Below, in pieces: positions 8,765 to 16,806 of a DNA stretch of 30,252 nucleotides. Below the pieces are notes generated by a model that worked only from the letters and a program-made list of their open reading frames with translations, had not been told where the DNA came from and searched no databases. Where the stretch lies: positions 1 through 30,252 of IMG/VR virus record IMGVR_UViG_3300037722_001729; one strand, given 5' to 3'. Each line of letters starts with the position of its first letter. The first letter of the stretch is position 1. The translations under genes were made by a program, and so were the position numbers. This stretch comes from a virus. Its lineage: Duplodnaviria; Caudoviricetes.

Positions 8765-9028
8765 ATGTCGAAAATCAAGCGGGCGGCCGCGCGCGCGGCC
8801 GCCGGCGCTGTCGGCGAAGTCGCCGGACGCGTCGCTGAAGCGGCGCGCACCGGAGATCTCGGTTCGATCGGCCGCGTGCTCAAGTCGACGCAGCTCTGGT
8901 CTGCGGCCGGCATCGCGGCCCTGCAGGGCTTCGGCGTGTTCGGGCTGCTCGACCCCGAGGCGGTTTCTGCAGGCACGACCGTCCTGCTCGCCCCCCTGAT
9001 CACGGAGCGCCTGAAGAAGGGCTTCTAG
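8765..9028 (+). CDS. Small membrane protein, holin-like (87 aa)
   Basis: GGAGGA RBS; LKSTQLW followed by two hydrophobic segments and a basic tail RLKKGF. Confidence 0.6.
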   Translation: MSKIKRAAARAAAGAVGEVAGRVAEAARTGDLGSIGRVLKSTQLWSAAGIAALQGFGVFGLLDPEAVSAGTTVLLAPLITERLKKGF

Positions 9029-9061
9029 TCCGGGCACTGAATACCTGCGGCGACGACCAGG

Positions 9062-9121
9062 CCGCCCGCGTCTCGGGCGGTCGCGATCGGGCGGGGGAGG
9101 GCGCGTAGAGCTCTCCCCCGC
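9062..9121 (+). other. GC-rich stem-loops upstream of the protease-capsid gene
   Basis: CCGCCCG-cgtct-CGGGCGG (9062-9080) and GCGGGGGAGGGC-gcgtaga-GCTCTCCCCCGC (9091-9121). Confidence 0.55.
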
Positions 9122-9181
9122 CGTGCACCCTCTTGTTTGGCGCGCGGAGCCTGGTTCTGCCGCGCCGGTGGAGACCGTCCC

Positions 9182-11437
9182 ATGTCCAAGAAGCATCGGC
9201 CGGCGCGTCGCGCCGGCGAGACCGTCTCGCTGCCGATCGCGTCGCGCGAGGTGGTGGTGCGCCTCGACTCCGTCGACGTCGAAGCGCGCACGGCGGAAAT
9301 CGTCTGGACGACTGGGGCGGTCGTCCGTCGCTACGACTGGTGGAACGACCGTCGCTACGACGAGGAGCTCGTCGTCGAGTCCGGCGCAGTTCGGCTCGAG
9401 CGCCTGAACAGCGGCGCGCCGTTCCTGAACACCCACAACTCCTGGCGGCTCGAGCACGTGATCGGCGTCGTCGTCGACGGCACCGCGCGGATCGAGAAGG
9501 GCCAGGGCCTCGCCACCATCCGCTTCAGCGCGCGCGACGAGGTCGAGCCGATCTGGCGCGACATTCAGGCGGGCATCATCCGCAACGTCTCGGTGGGCTA
9601 TCGCTACCACCGGGTCGAGAAGATTCAGCGCGAGAACGACGTCGACCTCTGGCGCGTCGTCGACTGGGAGCCGCTCGAGATTTCCGCGGTTCCGATCGGC
9701 GCGGACCCCGGCGCGGGCTTCCGCGAAAGCGAGGCTCACGAGCAGCGTGTCGCGCAGCGCTCCCAGGAGCCTCTCTACCCCTGCGTCGTCGTGCGCGGCG
9801 ACGCCCCCGTTCCACCCGCCGCCGCGCCCGCGGCTTCATCCCGCAAGGAGGGAGACATGAAGACGAAGCTCGCCGGCGCCGCCGGCATTCAGGCGCTACT
9901 TCGCGCCGCAGGTCTCGACGAGGAAGAGGACGACGCGGTCCTCGTCCAGCGCCTCGTCCGCGCCGGGCTCCAGGAGCCCGAAGCGCGCAAGGCCGTCGAG
10001 AAGGCGCGCGCGGCGCGTGACGGCGACGAGGACGAGGACGAGAGCGACAACGCCTCTCGCTCGACCGACGCCGACGACGATGACGAGGACGACGGCGAAC
10101 AGCGCGCCGACGTCGAGGCCGCGGCGACCGCACGGGAGCGCGCGCGCATCAGCGGCATCGGAGATCTCGTTCGCAAGTTCGGCCTGGACGCGGAGTTCGG
10201 GGCCAAGCTCGTGAAGGACGGCGTCTCGCTCACGAAGGCGCGCAAGCTCATCCTCGACAAGCTGGCCGACCAGGACGACCGCGGAGCGCGCTCCGGCGAG
10301 CCCGACGTGCGCATTGCGCGGGGCGCCCAGGACGGCGACGTGACCTACCGCGACGCGGTGATCGCGGCGATCCTGCATCGCCACGACCCGCGCAGCGAGC
10401 TGCCCGACCCGGCGCGGCAGTTCCGGGGGATGTCGCTCCTCGAAATCGCCCGCGAGAACCTCGAGCGGCGCGGCATCCGCACGCGCGGCATGAGCCGGTT
10501 CGAGCTGGCGACCGAGGCGCTCGCGCACGACGCCACCCGCGCCGGTCCTGGCTATCACTCGACGTCGGACTTCCCGGCGATCCTGGCCAACGTGGCGAAC
10601 AAGACGCTGCGGATGGCCTACGAGTCGACGCCGCGGACGTTCCTGCGCTGGGCCCGGCCGACGACCATCGTCGACTTCAAGCCCGTGCAGCGGACCCAGC
10701 TCGGCGGCGCTCCGGACCTCGTCAAGGTGCCCGAGAACGGCGAGTTCAAGTACGGCACGATGGGCGAGGCGAAGGAGACCTACGCGCTCGCCACCTACGG
10801 CCGGATCATCGCGATCAGCCGGCAGGCGATCATCAACGACGACCTGAACGCCTTCACCCGCATCCCGACGGCCTTCGGCGCGTCGGCGGCGGACCTCGAA
10901 AGCGACCTGGTCTACGCGGTGCTGATCACCAACGGGGCCATGAACGACGGCTTCGACCTGTTCTCGACCGAGCACGGCAACCTGCTCTCGGCGGCCGTCA
11001 TCGACGAGGCGGGCCTCACCAAGGGCTACGAGGCGTTCGGCAACCAGACCGGCATCGAAGGCCGCCAAATCGCGATCCTGCCGCGGTACCTGCTGGTCCC
11101 GCACGGCGACCGCTTCGTGGAGGCCCGGAAGATCGTCACCGCGACGACGCCGGAGTCCACCGACAACGTCAACGTCTACGCCGGTGCGCTCGAAGTCGTG
11201 CAGGAAGTGCGGCTGAAGGGCGGCTCGGGCGAGGAGGACCCCTGGTTCCTCATCGCCGATAGCTCGCGGATCGACACGGTGGAGTACGCCTATCTGGAAG
11301 GCCAGCAGGGCGTCTACACCGAGACCCGCATCGGCTTCACCACGGACGGCATCGAGATCAAGGCCCGCCACGATGTGGCGGCTGCCGCGATCGACCACCG
11401 GGGCATGACGAAGAACCCCGGCGCCTCGCCGAGCTGA
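9182..11437 (+). CDS. Prohead protease / scaffold / major capsid fusion protein
   Basis: Protease motifs (LNSGAPFLNTH, RNVSVGY, WEPLEISAVPIGAD), acidic linker, capsid motifs HSTSDFPAILANVANK, ATYGRIIAISRQAIINDD, DTVEYAYLEG. Confidence 0.93.
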   Translation: MSKKHRPARRAGETVSLPIASREVVVRLDSVDVEARTAEIVWTTGAVVRRYDWWNDRRYDEELVVESGAVRLERLNSGAPFLNTHNSWRLEHVIGVVVDGTARIEKGQGLATIRFSARDEVEPIWRDIQAGIIRNVSVGYRYHRVEKIQRENDVDLWRVVDWEPLEISAVPIGADPGAGFRESEAHEQRVAQRSQEPLYPCVVVRGDAPVPPAAAPAASSRKEGDMKTKLAGAAGIQALLRAAGLDEEEDDAVLVQRLVRAGLQEPEARKAVEKARAARDGDEDEDESDNASRSTDADDDDEDDGEQRADVEAAATARERARISGIGDLVRKFGLDAEFGAKLVKDGVSLTKARKLILDKLADQDDRGARSGEPDVRIARGAQDGDVTYRDAVIAAILHRHDPRSELPDPARQFRGMSLLEIARENLERRGIRTRGMSRFELATEALAHDATRAGPGYHSTSDFPAILANVANKTLRMAYESTPRTFLRWARPTTIVDFKPVQRTQLGGAPDLVKVPENGEFKYGTMGEAKETYALATYGRIIAISRQAIINDDLNAFTRIPTAFGASAADLESDLVYAVLITNGAMNDGFDLFSTEHGNLLSAAVIDEAGLTKGYEAFGNQTGIEGRQIAILPRYLLVPHGDRFVEARKIVTATTPESTDNVNVYAGALEVVQEVRLKGGSGEEDPWFLIADSSRIDTVEYAYLEGQQGVYTETRIGFTTDGIEIKARHDVAAAAIDHRGMTKNPGASPS

Positions 11438-11458
11438 CGCTCAGACGACTGACTACCT

Positions 11459-11498
11459 AGACGGGGGCGGCCCTTTGGGTGGGGCCGCCTCTCCGTCT
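11459..11498 (+). terminator. Stem-loop after the capsid gene (attenuator or mRNA stabiliser)
   Basis: AGACGGGGGCGGCCC-tttgggtg-GGGCCGCCTCTCCGTCT; no strong U tract. Confidence 0.5.
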
Positions 11499-11540
11499 TC
11501 AAGGGACTGAAGCCACTCTCTCGAACACCTGGAGATCCCC

Positions 11541-12155
11541 ATGACCACGAAGTTCATCGCCCAGGGCGACGTCCTGGACCACGTTTCCGGTGGCGTGATC
11601 GCCTCCGGCGCCGTGGTCCTCATCGGCGCTCTCGTCGGCATCGCCACGACCGCCGCAACCGCCTCTGGCCAGACCATCGCCGTGAAAGTCTCCGGCGTCT
11701 GGCAGGTCACGAAGATCGGCTCGCAGGCCTGGACCATCGGCCAGCGCGTGTACTGGGATGCCGGTAACAGCCGGTTCACCATCGTCGCGACGGGCAATAC
11801 CTTCGCCGGCGTCGCCTACGAGGCGGTCGGTTCGGGCGCCGGCGAGACCACAGGCAAGATCAGGCTGAACGGCACGGCCCCGGACGCCGGCTCGAGCTTC
11901 GCGCAAGCCGCCAACGTGGCCGCCCTGACCGACGGCACGACCGGTACGCCGGACGACCCCGCCGAGGCGCTCGAAGCGGTCGCGAACCCCGACCTCTCGG
12001 CGTGGAACGGCTCCACCGATCCGTCCGCCGCGCAGGCGACCGCGATCAACGCTGCGATCACGGCCCTGACGAACAACCAGGCCACGATCGCGGCCCACAT
12101 CAAGGACGCCCTCGACTCGCTGAAGGCGGCCAACCAGATGGCGGCCGACGCCTGA
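11541..12155 (+). CDS. DUF2190 capsid decoration/cement protein with C-terminal head-fibre-like extension
   Basis: FIAQGDVL..SGAVVLIGALVGIA..AWTIGQRVYWD..KIRLNG DUF2190 core plus about 90 extra residues. Confidence 0.85.
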   Translation: MTTKFIAQGDVLDHVSGGVIASGAVVLIGALVGIATTAATASGQTIAVKVSGVWQVTKIGSQAWTIGQRVYWDAGNSRFTIVATGNTFAGVAYEAVGSGAGETTGKIRLNGTAPDAGSSFAQAANVAALTDGTTGTPDDPAEALEAVANPDLSAWNGSTDPSAAQATAINAAITALTNNQATIAAHIKDALDSLKAANQMAADA

Positions 12156-12167
12156 GGAGTCTGAGCC

Positions 12168-12500
12168 GTGAGCCCCTTCTCTGCAGGCATCGCGGCGCTC
12201 TTCCGCTCCGCCCTCGCCGTCGACGCGATCTATCGCGCCGGCGGCGAGGGGGATGGCGCGCCCGTGCGCGCCGTCGTGCGCGGTCCCGACCGCATTCAGG
12301 AGGTCGATGGCCAGGCGGTGATCGTCGCCACGCACACGGTGGACCTGCAGGTCGCCGACGTGGCCGAGCTCGCCGAGGGCGACACGGTCGAAGTCACGGA
12401 CCCCGCGAGCGGCTTCGACGGCCTGACGCTTGAGGTCATGGGCGATCCGCGGCGGGACTCCGAGCGGCTCGTCTGGAAGGCCGAGGCGCGGCTGGGCTGA
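12168..12500 (+). CDS. Head-tail joining/closure protein
   Basis: AVDAIYRAGG..VRAVVRGPD..GDPRRDSERLVW; position; GAGGAG RBS with GTG start. Confidence 0.8.
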   Translation: MSPFSAGIAALFRSALAVDAIYRAGGEGDGAPVRAVVRGPDRIQEVDGQAVIVATHTVDLQVADVAELAEGDTVEVTDPASGFDGLTLEVMGDPRRDSERLVWKAEARLG

Positions 12501-12530
12501 GCCGTTAACGACTTGCAACCCCGGTGCGGC

Positions 12531-12546
12531 TAGAATCGGCCGCATG
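12531..12546 (+). promoter_or_regulatory. Candidate -10 box for a leaderless ligase transcript
   Basis: TAGAAT at 12531-12536, 7 nt before ATG 12544; no Shine-Dalgarno sequence. Confidence 0.45.
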
Positions 12547-13458
12547 CAGACGTTCGCCCTCACCCTCGACGACGGTCGATCGATCCCGATCAAGGTTTCC
12601 GGGTCGCTGACCATGCGGCGCGCGACGGCGAAGCCGGCTCCCCGGCCGGTGCGCCCGCGCCCGGCTCCGCGGTTCCGGCCGATGGCGGCCGCGACGCTCG
12701 AACGGCTGGAGGACGTCGTCTATCCCGTCTACGCGCAGCCGAAGTTCGACGGGGTCCGCTGCCTCATCGTCGAGGGCCTGGGGCCCGTGACACGCACGCT
12801 GAAGCCGATCCCGAACGACCACATCCGCGCCGCTCTCGCGGACGCCCCGGTCGGGCTCGACGGCGAGCTGGTGACCTACTCGGGCGGACCCGACCCGTTC
12901 AATCGGGTGCAGTCGAAGGTCATGACGCGCGCCGGCGCGCCGACCTTCACGTTCCACGTGTTCGATCGCTTCGACGACCCGCTCGAGCCGTTCGCCGAGC
13001 GTCGGCCGACGGAAGCGCCCCACCCGCGCGTGAGCTTGGCGCCGACGCGCCTGGTGACCTCGCGCGGCGAGCTGGAGCGCCTGGAGCGGCTCTGGGTCGA
13101 CGTGATGGGTCACGAGGGAGTCGTCCTGCGCGACCCCGACGGCGAGTATGTGCTCGGGCCCGCCGGCGACGGCGAGCTCGTGAAGTGGAAGCGTTTTGAG
13201 GACGCCGAGGCGATCGTGATCGGGGTCCGCCCGCTCGTGAAGGGCGGACAGGCGCAGCCGGCGGTCGGCGCGCTGGTGCTCGAGCAGCCGAACGGCGTGG
13301 CCTTTCGTCTCGGCGTCGGCTTCTCCGCCGCCGAGCGCGCCACCCTGTGGGCGCGCAAAGAGACGCTGACGGGCGCCGCGGTGACCTACCGCTTCCAGGG
13401 CCGCGGTCGCAACGGGCGGCCGCTCCGCGCACGCTACGCGGGGGTTCGTTTCGACTGA
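12544..13458 (+). CDS. Minimal ATP-dependent DNA ligase (adenylation + OB domains)
   Basis: Motif I QPKFDGVR, III LDGEL, IIIa FHVFD, IV HEGVVLR, V LVKWKRFEDAEA, OB fold FRLGVGFS..ER..LW; start could also be 12613. Confidence 0.92.
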   Translation: MQTFALTLDDGRSIPIKVSGSLTMRRATAKPAPRPVRPRPAPRFRPMAAATLERLEDVVYPVYAQPKFDGVRCLIVEGLGPVTRTLKPIPNDHIRAALADAPVGLDGELVTYSGGPDPFNRVQSKVMTRAGAPTFTFHVFDRFDDPLEPFAERRPTEAPHPRVSLAPTRLVTSRGELERLERLWVDVMGHEGVVLRDPDGEYVLGPAGDGELVKWKRFEDAEAIVIGVRPLVKGGQAQPAVGALVLEQPNGVAFRLGVGFSAAERATLWARKETLTGAAVTYRFQGRGRNGRPLRARYAGVRFD

Positions 13459-13469
13459 GGGAGGCGGCC

Positions 13470-14159
13470 ATGCCCTTAGAGATCGAGGGGCGGATCACCG
13501 CCGCAGCCTTCGGGGAGCTCGACCAGTACATGCGTGAGGAGGTCGAGGCTGCGCGCCGCGCGGTGGAGATCGGCGTCACGCGCGCGGCGGTCGGCCTCAA
13601 GCAAGACTGGCGGGACGAGCTCCGCCGCGCGGGTCTCGGGGACAAGCTCCCGAACGCCATCCGTGAGAGGATCTACCCGAACGACGGGATCGACGCCGCC
13701 GGCGTCGTCCGCGCGACCGGCGCCGCCGGCGCGATCATCGCGCACACGCGCGGCGCGGTCATCACCGCGAAGGAAGCTGACGCGCTGGCGATCCCGACGG
13801 AGGCGGCGGGAAAGGGTCCCGGCGGCCGTCGCATCACGCCCGAGCTGTGGGAGCAAAAGACGGGGCTCGAGCTTCGGCCGATCTTCCGGCCGGGCCGCGC
13901 GCCGCTGCTCGTCGCGACGCTCCGAGCACGGACGGGCCGCCATGCCGGCCGATTCGCGAAACCGAGCCGGACCGCGCTCCGGACCGGGCGGGGCCTCGCC
14001 GACGCGATCTTGTTCGTGCTCCAGACGATCGTGCGGCTACCGAAGCGGACGTCGGGCTGGGGGCGCTACGTCACGAAGTGGCAGGACACGCTCCCCGAGC
14101 TCGTCGTCGACGCTTGGGACGACGAAGCCGAGCGGAGGCACCGCCGCCGCGACCGCTGA
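13470..14159 (+). CDS. Neck/tail-completion protein (DUF6441-like)
   Basis: GLKQDWRDELRRAGLGDKLPNAIR, LAIPTEAAGKG..RITP..WEQKTGLELR motifs; GGAGG RBS. Confidence 0.8.
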   Translation: MPLEIEGRITAAAFGELDQYMREEVEAARRAVEIGVTRAAVGLKQDWRDELRRAGLGDKLPNAIRERIYPNDGIDAAGVVRATGAAGAIIAHTRGAVITAKEADALAIPTEAAGKGPGGRRITPELWEQKTGLELRPIFRPGRAPLLVATLRARTGRHAGRFAKPSRTALRTGRGLADAILFVLQTIVRLPKRTSGWGRYVTKWQDTLPELVVDAWDDEAERRHRRRDR

Positions 14160-14183
14160 GCGCGGAGGGCGAGGGACCGCACC

Positions 14184-14639
14184 ATGACCACGACACGTGA
14201 GAGCGTTCTCGACGCGCTCCAGGCGGCGCTCGCCGCGGTACTCGAGCTGGCCCCGGATGGGCCGCTGGAGGAGCGCAACGCGCCGCCTCCGAAGAAGGCG
14301 CCGGCGATCGGCCGGGTCATCTTGCGTGACGGAGACCCCGGCGAGCCGGAGGTCCTGCTCTCGCCCCTGACCTACATCTACGACCATGAGGCGGAGATCC
14401 TCCTCCTCACGGACCGCGCGCGGTTCGACACGGATGCGGCGCACCGCGCCGCGTTCGACGACCTCGTCGCGGCTATCGGGGAGGCCATCGCCGCCGACCG
14501 CACGCTCGGCGGCCTCTGCGATTGGGCCGAGGGCGTCGCGCCCGAGACCATCACCGTGCCCGTCGAGGGGGGAGAGCCCCTGAAGGGCGGGCGCATCGGC
14601 GTGCTGCTGCGCTACGCGACCAGCGATCCGCTGGCCTGA
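14184..14639 (+). CDS. Tail terminator-like protein
   Basis: TTRESVLDAL, ILRDGDPGEPEVLLSPLTYIYDH, ADRTLGGLCDW, YATSDPLA; precedes the tail tube gene. Confidence 0.8.
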   Translation: MTTTRESVLDALQAALAAVLELAPDGPLEERNAPPPKKAPAIGRVILRDGDPGEPEVLLSPLTYIYDHEAEILLLTDRARFDTDAAHRAAFDDLVAAIGEAIAADRTLGGLCDWAEGVAPETITVPVEGGEPLKGGRIGVLLRYATSDPLA

Positions 14640-14694
14640 CCCTCTCAACCTCCGCCGGGCGCGCCGCGCCCGGTCTCACTGACAGGAGACCACC

Positions 14695-15978
14695 ATGTCC
14701 CGTGCGCAAGGCGCGCGCGCGCAGCTGGCGCTCGCGTTCGAGTCCGCATACGGCACGCCGCCGGCGGCCGACTCCTACTGGCAGATGCCGTTCGCGGCCT
14801 CGGGGCTCGGCTCCGAGCAGCCGCTCCTGGCCTCCGATCTTCTCGGCTTCGGGCGCGACCCTCGTGCGCCCGTGCTCGACGCGATCACGGCCGGCGGCGA
14901 TCTCCGCATCCCGTTCGACCAGCGCTACCTGGGCATCTGGCTCAAGAGCGTGTTCGGCGAGCCGGATTCGTCGGACCCGGTGGCCGCCACGGGGACGATC
15001 ACCTTCTCCGGCCAGCCTGGCGCGGGGTCCGAGATCACCATTAACGGCATCCCGTTCGCGTTCGTGGCGTCGAGCCCCGGCTCCGACGAGATCGAGATCG
15101 GGGCGACGCTGCCCGACACGCTCGACAACATCATCGCCGAGCTGAACACGTCGGTGCACACCGAGGTCGATGACGCCACCTACACCGAGGACGGCACCGA
15201 CGCGCTGACGATCACGCACGACACCGCAGGGCCCGCGGGCAACGCCTTCACGCTCGCCGCGGCGGCCGCGTCGAACGGGACGGTGTCCGCCTCGACGCTG
15301 CGCGGCGGCGGCTACCTCCACGAGTTCCACTCGGGGCTCTGGACTCTGCCGTCGTTCTCCGTCGAAACCGGCATGCCTGACGTGCCGGACTTCGCGATGG
15401 TGTCGGGCTGCGTCACGGACTCACTCGCGCTCGAGATGAACCGCTCGGGCCTGGTGCGCGGCACGGTCAACGTCGTGGCGCAGGGCGAGGCCGCGCCGGC
15501 CGCGGCGTCCGCCGCGGGCACGCTCACCGAGCTGCTGCTCGCGGAGTTCGGGCCGTTCCACGGCGAGATTCGCCGCGACGGCTCCCAGCTCGCCAACGTC
15601 ACGCGGGGCAGCTGGACCTACGCGAACAACCTGCAGCGGATCGAGACGATCAGGAGCGACGGCCTGATCGACGGCGCCGACCCGTCGATCGCGTCCGACA
15701 CCGGGCAGATCCAAGTCCTGTTCGCGGACCAGACGCTCCTCGATCAGGCGCGCGACGGCGAGCCCTGCGAGCTGCAGTTCAACTACGTCAACCCGCTCGG
15801 GCCCTACCTCAAGAAGATCGTGCACGAGGTCTATCTGCCCCGGCCGCAGCGACGTCTCGAAGGGCCGCAGGGCGTGACCGTCACCTTCGACTGGCAGGCC
15901 GCGAAGAACGCGGGCGCCGGCCGGATGACGACGGTGCAGCTGCTGAACGACGTCGCCGACTACGACAACCCGAGCTGA
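14695..15978 (+). CDS. Tail tube (major tail) protein with inserted beta-rich domain
   Basis: MSRAQGARAQLALAFESAYGT, LGSEQPLLASDLLGFGRDP, YANNLQRIETIRSDG, FDWQAA motifs. Confidence 0.9.
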   Translation: MSRAQGARAQLALAFESAYGTPPAADSYWQMPFAASGLGSEQPLLASDLLGFGRDPRAPVLDAITAGGDLRIPFDQRYLGIWLKSVFGEPDSSDPVAATGTITFSGQPGAGSEITINGIPFAFVASSPGSDEIEIGATLPDTLDNIIAELNTSVHTEVDDATYTEDGTDALTITHDTAGPAGNAFTLAAAAASNGTVSASTLRGGGYLHEFHSGLWTLPSFSVETGMPDVPDFAMVSGCVTDSLALEMNRSGLVRGTVNVVAQGEAAPAAASAAGTLTELLLAEFGPFHGEIRRDGSQLANVTRGSWTYANNLQRIETIRSDGLIDGADPSIASDTGQIQVLFADQTLLDQARDGEPCELQFNYVNPLGPYLKKIVHEVYLPRPQRRLEGPQGVTVTFDWQAAKNAGAGRMTTVQLLNDVADYDNPS

Positions 15979-16001
15979 CGCCCGTCGGTTCGCCACCTTC
16001 C

Positions 16002-16054
16002 GGATCGCCTCGTCCGCCGCCTCGGCCCCGCGCCGGGGCGGCGGCGAGGCATCC
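16002..16054 (+). terminator. Long GC-rich stem-loop after the tail tube gene
   Basis: GGATcGCCTCGtCCGCCGCCTCGG-ccccgcg-CCGGGGCGGCGGCGAGGCATCC. Confidence 0.55.
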
Positions 16055-16078
16055 GTTGGTCACACGAGAGGAGAGAAC

Positions 16079-16540
16079 ATGATCCGCCTGAAACTCGACG
16101 CGGACCTCGAGCCCGCCTGGCTCACGCTCGCGACGATCGACGACGTCGACGTGGCCGTGAAGGTCAAGCGGCCGACGCCGGCGGTGCGCATGGCCGCTGG
16201 CCAGCTGCTCGCCGCCCGGCTCCGGGACGACATGAGCGAGGCCGAGCGCCTCGTCGCCGCGGTCAACGCCTACGCGGAGGTCGCGATCGAAGACTGGCGC
16301 GGGGTCGGGGACGAGAACGGCGAGCCGATCGCCGTGAGCCCGGCCGCGATCGCGGCGCTGCTCGACGTCTGGCCTCTCTACCAGGCCTTCGAGCAGCGCT
16401 ACGTCCTGCCGGTGTTCGCGCGGGAGGCGGAAAAAAACGCCTCCGCGCCCTTGCCGAATGGCGCTGGAGCGGGGGCGACGACTACTGTGCAACGGCGTGC
16501 GGCGAGGAAAGGCCGTGCACGGAGTGCCCCTTCAAGCTGA
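16079..16540 (+). CDS. Tail assembly chaperone (gpG-like)
   Basis: Between tube and tape measure; AIEDWRGVGDENGEPI and EAEKNA motifs; contains a slippery site. Confidence 0.85.
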   Translation: MIRLKLDADLEPAWLTLATIDDVDVAVKVKRPTPAVRMAAGQLLAARLRDDMSEAERLVAAVNAYAEVAIEDWRGVGDENGEPIAVSPAAIAALLDVWPLYQAFEQRYVLPVFAREAEKNASAPLPNGAGAGATTTVQRRAARKGRARSAPSS

Positions 16541-16803
16541 ACGAGCCGCAGACCGCCGAGGGCTGGCAGATCTGGGACCTTGTCGGCCGCCTCGGCGGTC
16601 AAATTCGCGCGATCCCTGGAGCCGTCATCGGCTGGGACATGAGCGCGGCCATGGAGATGGCCCGGGCGCTCGGCGTCGAGCCCGCCTGGGCGGCCGAGAT
16701 GCTCCCCGAGATCGAGGTCGTCATGGTCCGCGCGACGAACGAGCGCCTCGCGGAGAGCCGCGAGCAGGGCGGCCGCGGGCGTCTCCTGGGCGACGGAGGG
16801 TAG
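16432..16803 (+). CDS. -1 frameshift extension of the chaperone (gpT-like part of gpGT)
   Basis: A AAA AAC at 16432-16438; -1 frame reads RLRALAEWRWSGGDDYCATAC..PQTAEGWQIWDLV..IGWDMSAA..LPEIEVVMVR to TAG 16801-16803. Confidence 0.85.
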   Translation, partial: KKRLRALAEWRWSGGDDYCATACGEERPCTECPFKLNEPQTAEGWQIWDLVGRLGGQIRAIPGAVIGWDMSAAMEMARALGVEPAWAAEMLPEIEVVMVRATNERLAESREQGGRGRLLGDGG

Positions 16804-16806
16804 GCG

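Noticed and set aside
10021-10100. GACGAG/GACGAC repeats in the capsid fusion gene
   Set aside because: Explained by an Asp/Glu-rich scaffold linker at protein level
12505-12520. CtrA site or sigma70 -35 upstream of the ligase (TTAAC, TTGCAA)
   Set aside because: Only a half-site, not TTAA-N7-TTAA; TTGCAA is 12 bp from TAGAAT, too close for a -35. The TTAAC at 27969 is also only a half-site
14184-14639. 'Acyl-CoA transferase' label often attached to this family
   Set aside because: Size and position before the tail tube fit a tail terminator; no enzyme motifs seen
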